NCBI GenBank assembly: GCA_026003195.1
Contig: BPGU01000005.1
Coordinates: 129,851-193,850, forward strand
Origin: Armatimonadota bacterium
GTDB lineage: Bacteria; Armatimonadota; HRBIN16
Length of the DNA stretch: 64,000 bases
Direction: 5' to 3'
The notes under the pieces were generated by a model. The model ran no database searches and was not told the origin of the DNA. It saw only the letters and a program-made list of their open reading frames with translations. This document shows, in pieces, positions 57,970-64,000 of this stretch; position 1 is the first letter of the stretch, and each line of letters starts with the position of its first letter. The position numbers and the translations under genes were made by a program.

Positions 57970-59416
57970 CGTTTCTATCGTTTCTATTCTAGCTTCCATC
58001 CTACTCACTTCTATCCTACTAAGGTATGTACCCAACTGGCTTAGGTATGTACCGAACTCAGCTCGTAGTCCTGAACCTCAAAGGTCACACCTTGAGTTTC
58101 TATCCTACTTATTTCTATCCTACTTAGGTATGTACCTGACCATTGCTGTATCTGGCGATGGCTGTCGGGGACTGGATTCGTTTCTATCCTACTTAGGTAT
58201 GTACCTGACTGATCAATCTGTAGACAACAGTGACTTCAACTTCACTGGTTTCTATCCTACTTAGGTATGTACCTGACGTGAGCACTCATGCCTGTTTCTA
58301 CCTTAACCTGGAGCTGTTTCTATCCTACTTAGGTATGTAACTGACTTGAAATCGCAATGTCACGATGATAACGATGCCTCCAGGTTTCTATCCTACTTAG
58401 GTATGTACCTGACCGCATTGGGCTGGTTAAGAACAGTAGCACGTTCTCCGTTTCTATCCTACTTAGGTATGTACCTGACTACCCGAACGTGCCTGCATGG
58501 TTGAGAGTGCCAGCGTTTCTATCCTACTTAGGTATGTACCTGACTGGCAAGGGTGCTGTTCGTTGGTGCTTCCCCCAACGACGTTTCTATCCTACTTAGG
58601 TATGTACCTGACACGATGAAGTAGACTTCGTCCCCTGCCCGCTCTGCAAGTTTCTATCCTACTTAGGTATGTACCTGACAACATCAGCGTGCGCCCAGTG
58701 CGCCGCGAGTTCGTGCGTTTCTATCCTACTTAGGTATGTACCTGACCCTTCATGATGACAAACAACTAACGAAACCAAAAGGGTTTCTATCCTACTTAGG
58801 TATGTACCTGACCGCGCCGGAAGAAGAGACGATAGTGTTTCGTGATGCAGTTTCTATCCTACTTAGGTATGTACCTGACACCTCCGAAGCCAGACTACTT
58901 CCGTGAGGTATCGGCGTTTCTATCCTACTTAGGTATGTACCTGACTGGCACGACGCTGACCAGGGTGAAGGGACAGTCGTTCGTTTCTATCCTACTTAGG
59001 TATGTACCTGACCTTTGCTTCACCCGTTAGTACGTCAACAATCCTGTACCGCGTTTCTATCCTACTTAGGTATGTACCTGACATAGCACGCGTCCTCAAG
59101 ACCACACCGGAATGGCTCGCGTTTCTATCCTACTTAGGTATGTACCTGACGAGTGTTTACGCTTCCTGTATGACCGCTTCCCGAATGGTTTCTATCCTAC
59201 TTAGGTATGTACCTGACCCGTACGGGAAAGAATACATACCTCTCTACGAAGATTGTTTCTATCCTACTTAGGTATGTACCTGACTGGTGTTCTCTGCCGA
59301 ACGCGCCATGATATAGCCGTGTTTCTATCCTACTTAGGTATGTACCTGACCACTCCTTTGTCAGACTTCACGTTTTCCGCGAATAGGTTTCTATCCTACT
59401 TAGGTATGTACCTGAC
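57970..59416 (-). CRISPR. CRISPR array: 20 full 30-nt repeats (58110-59416) plus a degenerate trailer (57970-58109), 19 spacers of 35-40 nt
   Basis: Consensus on plus strand GTTTCTATCCTACTTAGGTATGTACCTGAC. Transcribed sense GTCAGGTACATACCTAAGTAGGATAGAAAC (AUAGAAAC 5' tag). Degenerate repeats lie at the cas5-proximal (trailer) end. Confidence 0.9.
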
Positions 59417-59610
59417 CAAACCGACATGTCACTTGACTGATTAGTCATCAATCAAGTGACGCTAAACGTGTGTTTGAGTATGAGATAACTAATCACTGTG
59501 TTGTCTAAACCACAAACACAGTGCTAAATGAGTCGTCTACCTCCTTCGTGGAGATACCAAACCGGAGGTAGACGACTCTTGATGACAGCAGTCTACTCTT
59601 CACTAAGTTC
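59417..59610 (-). promoter_or_regulatory. putative CRISPR leader (AT-richer, two inverted repeats)
   Basis: Lies between the newest repeat and a solitary repeat. Palindromes gtcacttgactgattagtcatcaatcaagtgac and gagtcgtctacctcc...ggaggtagacgactc. Confidence 0.5.
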
Positions 59611-59640
59611 ATTTCTATCCTACTTAGGTATGTACCAAAC
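59611..59640 (-). CRISPR. solitary repeat unit (atttctatcctacttaggtatgtaccaaac) between the cas7 stop and the leader
   Basis: Lies 14 nt after the cas7 stop. Confidence 0.7.
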
Positions 59641-59654
59641 AGAGAGACAGCAGC

Positions 59655-60767
59655 CTACTCTTCATCGATCTCCCGCTGATCTGCCAGCTCCTGCTGTTCG
59701 TTCTGCTCCTTGCCCTGCTTCCTGCCCTTAGCCTTCTTAGCAGCCGCCGCGGCTTCTATGGACTGACGTAGAGATTCAGCATCCACTGCACGCTCTTCCT
59801 GCTGCAAGTCATCGTAGAACTTGTCTACTAAGTTTGCAACAGCAGTAACTAGTTCCTCCATCGTGCTGTGCCAGCGTACGAACTCTAGCTGTTTGACAGC
59901 CTGCTCGTTGATAACAACACCAGGCACAGCACTGATGTGAAGCTCTTCCAGCAGGTTGCGATCACGCAGGTACTTCAGTCGCTCTATGTCGATAATGATG
60001 CTATCGTCGCGCTTCTTGAAGATGCCCTGCAGTATTGCGTTGCCATGCTCGACCGCTGTCAGCACCAGCACCTGAGGTGTGACGTCTGTGTTGTTCCTGG
60101 CGAGATTCGCACCGCCCTCCAGCAACGTCAGCGCCTTCAGCAGATCCCTCACTCTGCGCTTGCGCTCGTCCCGACTCAATGCGAACTTATCATGCGTAAC
60201 CTGCACTAACTTGTTCGCATGATTCCGTAACGTCTCAGCGTCCAGCTCACCGCCAGCACGTCCCTCGACGAGCGGAGCCTCGAACACGCCGACACGCTCC
60301 AGATCCAGCGAGAAGTTCGCAGCCATCCACGCAGAGTATACTTCACGCTGAAATACAGCGTTGTCGCCGGCAACCGACAGGACACCGAAGTCAGACACTG
60401 GTCGAGCATCGTGGATAGCAGACAACGCAGAACAGTGAAGTGGCGACGTGCGCTTGATAGCGTTGTTGCCCTTCTCAGCACGCATGTAACCGAACAGGTC
60501 GTCATCCTCGTGCTCGACTGGATCACATGCAGCGTAGCCATGCGCACCGGCACCCTCCGCCTTCACCATCTCATAAGTGGTCGGATTCCAGCCGAAGTGG
60601 TTGTACAGCACATTACGCCACCAGTGACGCCATGCTTGACCGGATGCGTAAGGGCGATTGCCCACCTTCTTGACAAGGGAGATCTGTCCGATATCCGCTT
60701 GCTCAGTCTTATTGCAGTTCAATGCAGCAACATCTGCATAGATAGCAAATGTTCCGGTAAGTTTCAT
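59655..60767 (-). CDS. cas7: Cas7 (Csa2/Csh2-like backbone subunit)
   Basis: RPYASGQAWRHWWR corresponds to the VPVISGEALAHAYQ signature of Csa2-family Cas7. ATGA overlap with the upstream gene. Confidence 0.65.
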   Translation of the reverse strand: MKLTGTFAIYADVAALNCNKTEQADIGQISLVKKVGNRPYASGQAWRHWWRNVLYNHFGWNPTTYEMVKAEGAGAHGYAACDPVEHEDDDLFGYMRAEKGNNAIKRTSPLHCSALSAIHDARPVSDFGVLSVAGDNAVFQREVYSAWMAANFSLDLERVGVFEAPLVEGRAGGELDAETLRNHANKLVQVTHDKFALSRDERKRRVRDLLKALTLLEGGANLARNNTDVTPQVLVLTAVEHGNAILQGIFKKRDDSIIIDIERLKYLRDRNLLEELHISAVPGVVINEQAVKQLEFVRWHSTMEELVTAVANLVDKFYDDLQQEERAVDAESLRQSIEAAAAAKKAKGRKQGKEQNEQQELADQREIDEE

Positions 60768-62404
60768 TCCTCTACCTCCTGATCTTCAGTGTAGGTATCT
60801 TCCTCCTCTTCATCCTGGTCCTCGTCATCTACTTGAATGCCAAGCTCGCGTAGCTTGCTGGCGATGAGGATCTCCAGCACCTGCGCAGCTGCCCTGGCTC
60901 TCATGCGATTCTGCTTCTCTGTGTTAGCATCCAGCATGAAGTCTATAGGACACAGCAGAACGAAATCCTGCCAGCTGAGCTTCCCGATACGAGCGAGATA
61001 TGCATACAGCGATCGAATCGCCTTCATGTCGCCAGACCATGCAGCACTGCGTAGCCTCTTATGTAGCGTAGCAGCACGGTCCATCGATACGAAGCTATCA
61101 GCGATACGCTCCATCAGCAAGATTGCCTGATCCTGAGACTGTACCTGTTGCTGTACATTGTCGTCGAACTGTAAGCCAGTGTGTCGACAACGAACGTAGT
61201 CGTATACAGCAACAGAGAGGTATTGAAGCACTCTCGTCAGGTCATGATACAGGAACAGGGGAGCGAGCAGAGACGCATCCACCTTACCGTCTCTTGCCAG
61301 CCTCGTCAAGAACCGTATAGTCTTGTCCCTATCCCTGCTGTTCACCAGATTCAGCATCTCACGCTTCGCCGATTCCAGCACATCGTCGCTGTTTGATACA
61401 GACTGGTAGATATGATCGCCAGCAGCGATGGCAACCTGTGTCAACGCTGAAATCAATCCATTGTCCATTCCACGTACCTCCGTCAGGTATCTGCGTACTG
61501 CATACCATCTATCGCCCAGTTCAGGCTGGTACTTGCCCTGTAAGTAGAGGTCAAGCTGCGTGTCTCTACCACGCTGCTTGCACCGATCCTTCAATGTGTT
61601 GATGAAGTGGAAACTTGACAGCCCCATGTGATACTCTACGGTGTCAAGCTTCGTTATGTGGTCTATTACACGGTTCGGTATCACCATGTAGCTGATTTCA
61701 CCTTCACCCCGCTGCGAGCTGTTGATCAGCCATATCGTTACAGACTCGCCACGATAGGAGTTCTGTGCTACGATATCCTTGACAATATCCGCTCTCGCCT
61801 GCCCAGGAGTATCCATCCTGAACTTAGCTTGCTCTCCATTGGTGGAAGTTGCTACCTTCTGGTAGTTCTCTCTGTAGATCCTGTCTACTATCGCCTTGCC
61901 AACCAGTTCGTTCTGTATATGCGGTATCACCATATGCACGTTGTTGATGTGGTCGGCAGCGATGAAGGCGGAGAGTGCAGCCAGCTCACATAACCCGCAG
62001 ACTGGCATACCGTCCATCAGTGACGGATAGAAGTTGAACTCGCCATGCAGGAACGGTAGCACATGACGCTTCGCCGATACAATAGCCTCTTCTGGAACAC
62101 GCTTGCCACAGATATGACAGATGGAACTTCCAGAGGTCAGAGCCAGCTTGGCACGATGGATAAGCCGGTCAATGGCATCATTCCATTCTGGTTGTCCATA
62201 GGCGCCTTGAGTGAACACGCAGTTGGGAGTGAAGAAGCGCAACTTCTTACGGAATAGCTCGAAGCTCTCCTGGGCAAGCATATCCCTCAGCGGGCCTGCC
62301 ATATTGTCGATAGCCTGATCATCTATCTGGTTGCTACGGGAGATCTTCAGTATAGCGGTGAGCCCGTAGTCTACGACGAAGTGACCTGTCCACGGTACAG
62401 CCAT
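60764..62404 (-). CDS. Cas8-like large subunit (546 aa) with a four-Cys zinc finger and an acidic C-terminal tail
   Basis: Position immediately upstream of cas7. CHICGK...CGLCEL. C-terminal DEDQDEEEEDTYTEDQEVEE. Family assignment (Cas8a vs Cas8b) is uncertain. Confidence 0.5.
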   Translation of the reverse strand: MAVPWTGHFVVDYGLTAILKISRSNQIDDQAIDNMAGPLRDMLAQESFELFRKKLRFFTPNCVFTQGAYGQPEWNDAIDRLIHRAKLALTSGSSICHICGKRVPEEAIVSAKRHVLPFLHGEFNFYPSLMDGMPVCGLCELAALSAFIAADHINNVHMVIPHIQNELVGKAIVDRIYRENYQKVATSTNGEQAKFRMDTPGQARADIVKDIVAQNSYRGESVTIWLINSSQRGEGEISYMVIPNRVIDHITKLDTVEYHMGLSSFHFINTLKDRCKQRGRDTQLDLYLQGKYQPELGDRWYAVRRYLTEVRGMDNGLISALTQVAIAAGDHIYQSVSNSDDVLESAKREMLNLVNSRDRDKTIRFLTRLARDGKVDASLLAPLFLYHDLTRVLQYLSVAVYDYVRCRHTGLQFDDNVQQQVQSQDQAILLMERIADSFVSMDRAATLHKRLRSAAWSGDMKAIRSLYAYLARIGKLSWQDFVLLCPIDFMLDANTEKQNRMRARAAAQVLEILIASKLRELGIQVDDEDQDEEEEDTYTEDQEVEE

Positions 62405-62490
62405 GAGGTTCCTCCTGTTATTTCTGTGCTGCTCTGTTATGTTCCTGATGCTCCAGAGGACGAACCTTTGAGCTCGCCCTCTCGAGTCAT

Positions 62491-62688
62491 CTACACCTGG
62501 CTCACGCAGTAATCCTCCTCTATATCATCTGCCATCTCAGCGGTAACGTTGGTCAGCTCCCAGCGGGTACCGCACCGTGGGCACTCGCCGTCGTAGGTGT
62601 TCTGATACTGACCACCTACCAGCTCCAGCTGAACCTGAGAACCGCAGGGGCAGGTAATGATGATGTACTGGGGATTGGTGTTGTACAT
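62491..62688 (-). CDS. zinc-ribbon protein (65 aa)
   Basis: CPCGS...CPRCG. AAGGAG SD. Confidence 0.5.
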   Translation of the reverse strand: MYNTNPQYIIITCPCGSQVQLELVGGQYQNTYDGECPRCGTRWELTNVTAEMADDIEEDYCVSQV

Positions 62689-62705
62689 GGCTTCTTAACT
62701 CCTTC

Positions 62706-62767
62706 TTGTTCCCATCCTGCTTGTTCCCATCCTGCTTGTTTCTATCCTGCTCTGGTATGTTGCTAAC
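62706..62767 (-). CRISPR. degenerate solitary repeat (62738-62767, gtttctatcctgctctggtatgttgctaac) embedded in a 15-bp x3 tandem repeat (cttgttcccatcctg)
   Basis: Read directly. The conserved GTTTCTATCC end is retained. Confidence 0.5.
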
Positions 62768-62996
62768 GTGTGTTCTCGTCAATGTTAGCTTCCTGCCTCT
62801 GGATGGTCTCCCTGACACGCTCCCACGCTTCGTCCAGCTCGTCTCTGGTTAACTGCAGTCGCCACTGCTCCATATCGATAAGGTGCTGGTAAGCGAACAG
62901 GAGCATGTCCTCCAGATCCAGGGATTGCTCTTGCTGTTTCATGAACAGCACATCCTGTAACATGAACTCAACTGCTTCCTGTACCCGTTCGTCCAT
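62763..62996 (-). CDS. hypothetical acidic protein (77 aa)
   Basis: GGAGG SD 7 nt upstream. Confidence 0.5.
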   Translation of the reverse strand: MDERVQEAVEFMLQDVLFMKQQEQSLDLEDMLLFAYQHLIDMEQWRLQLTRDELDEAWERVRETIQRQEANIDENTR

Positions 62997-63035
62997 GTCG
63001 TATACCTCCAGATAATGTATTTGTGCACGCCAGGT

Positions 63036-64000
63036 CTAACATGATAGCACTTCCAAGAGTGCCTCAACACCTTTGTCACCACGTACGCTATACTCCAGCA
63101 CAAGCGCTTGCATGTCCTGACCGGTCTCCACCTTCTGCCAGGTAACCTCATGCACAATGGGCTGGGTGTTCAGTATGCGGTCTATTAATGTAGCCAGATA
63201 GGGCAGACTGCCCTTGCAAAGCCTCTCCAGAGCGTCGTCCAATCTGAAGGTTCTAATAAGCCTGCGTGCTTCCGCTTCCAGATTGGCATCTGGAGCCAGA
63301 ACCCTGTACGAGCTTGCAGAGACGTCGTAATATGCATGGATCAGTAAGTTGTCTATGATGACCAGATTCCTGGCGTCCTTCAGATCCATGCCTCTGCGTA
63401 GATACTGCTCCATGGATGCAAGCGATATCAGATCTGCAGCCAAACGACGACCATACAGGAGCAGATCGTCGTACCTATCGTATAGCGTATTCCTGAACTC
63501 ACTTTTGGCTATCCGGGATTGATAGTCCAGCGCATCTCTCAGAGTCTCGATAACGTGTCTGGAGTAATATGTATCCCTCATGCCGTACATGAGCTCTGCC
63601 CTTACTACAGCGTTGGTGAACCGATCCTTGATAGACAGGGAGCTGATGAACTTGATGAAAGGAGCCGTGTATCTCGTAGCGTCCTCCCAAAGAGCCTGTT
63701 CACAGGCATCTTTCCATTCCCGACGGAACCGCCTGAAGAACGTGCAGGCATCCCTGTGAGCCCGTTCCACTTCGTTACCGTACAGGTAGTGGTACATTCG
63801 AGAGCCGTCCGGGTTACTCAGAATGGACTCCCTGAGCATCCCTTCTCCTGCGCGGATGAAGGAATCGCTGAAGGCTGCCCCATCATCGTATTCAGATACA
63901 GCAACTTCCATATCGCCTGCGCGTACAACAAACGTACCCTGCTCATCGATATGCCTGCCCGGTTTGTACAGGAGAGTGGTGCCAGGAGTGAGTTCTACCT
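63036..64000 (-). CDS. unknown protein, paralogue of 54199..55251; 5'-truncated, the ORF stays open to the window end
   Basis: The frame is open upstream of Met63911 through position 64000. Shared EW(K/I)(D/R)ACEQA...RYTA.F..F..SL block with the 350-aa protein. Confidence 0.55.
   Translation of the reverse strand, partial: VELTPGTTLLYKPGRHIDEQGTFVVRAGDMEVAVSEYDDGAAFSDSFIRAGEGMLRESILSNPDGSRMYHYLYGNEVERAHRDACTFFRRFRREWKDACEQALWEDATRYTAPFIKFISSLSIKDRFTNAVVRAELMYGMRDTYYSRHVIETLRDALDYQSRIAKSEFRNTLYDRYDDLLLYGRRLAADLISLASMEQYLRRGMDLKDARNLVIIDNLLIHAYYDVSASSYRVLAPDANLEAEARRLIRTFRLDDALERLCKGSLPYLATLIDRILNTQPIVHEVTWQKVETGQDMQALVLEYSVRGDKGVEALLEVLSC

Noticed and set aside
51400-64000. Classification as type I-C
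   Set aside because: Gene order cas8-cas7-cas5-cas3, a Csa2-like Cas7 signature and an unstructured repeat with an AUAGAAAC tag fit I-A/I-B-like systems better than the I-C order cas3-cas5-cas8c-cas7.
1-64000. tRNA genes
   Set aside because: No tRNA genes were recognised. Intergenic spaces are short and I saw no T-loop GTTCGAATC-like motifs. An eye scan is not reliable, so tRNAscan-SE should be run.

Overview
This window is a GC-rich (~58-60%) phage or prophage region, and its right end (51.4-64 kb) carries a compact type I CRISPR-Cas locus that I think is the most novel thing here. Taxon and host cannot be assigned from sequence alone.

Layout. A plus-strand virion module (1-34.4 kb) runs from a giant 2351-aa tape-measure-like protein carrying SLT transglycosylase and M15 peptidase domains, through baseplate W/J-like proteins, a 1687-aa tandem-repeat tail fibre and a run of very large structural proteins. 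A lysis cassette follows (34.5-36.3 kb): PGRP-type amidase, a bacterioferritin-like protein and a 2-TM holin-like protein. Then come an Hjc-like resolvase and two sigma-70-like factors. A minus-strand replication module (38.9-46.4 kb) encodes a CHC2/Toprim primase, a second Hjc-like nuclease, a ribonucleotide reductase interrupted by an intein at the NPC|GEI motif, a third sigma-like protein and a 480-aa unknown. Three tandem paralogous HExxH (gluzincin-like) proteins sit on the plus strand at 46.4-51.4 kb.

CRISPR-Cas locus. On the minus strand at 51.4-64 kb the gene order is cas8-like, cas7 (Csa2 family), cas5, cas3 (HD plus helicase fused). A 20-repeat, 19-spacer array (30-nt repeat; transcribed sense GTCAGGTACATACCTAAGTAGGATAGAAAC) is inserted between cas7 and cas5. 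No cas1, cas2, cas4 or cas6 is visible. Solitary repeat units punctuate the intergenic spaces, and there is a 3-repeat mini-array with a 114-nt spacer. Also on the minus strand are an Rnl1-type RNA ligase, a nucleoside 2-deoxyribosyltransferase-like protein and unknown proteins, with two paralogous ~350-aa unknowns flanking the cas core.

A second intein splits a GT-B glycosyltransferase-like protein (with a SEC-C C-terminal motif) inside the virion module.

Limits. All product calls rest on motifs read by eye; no database searches were run.
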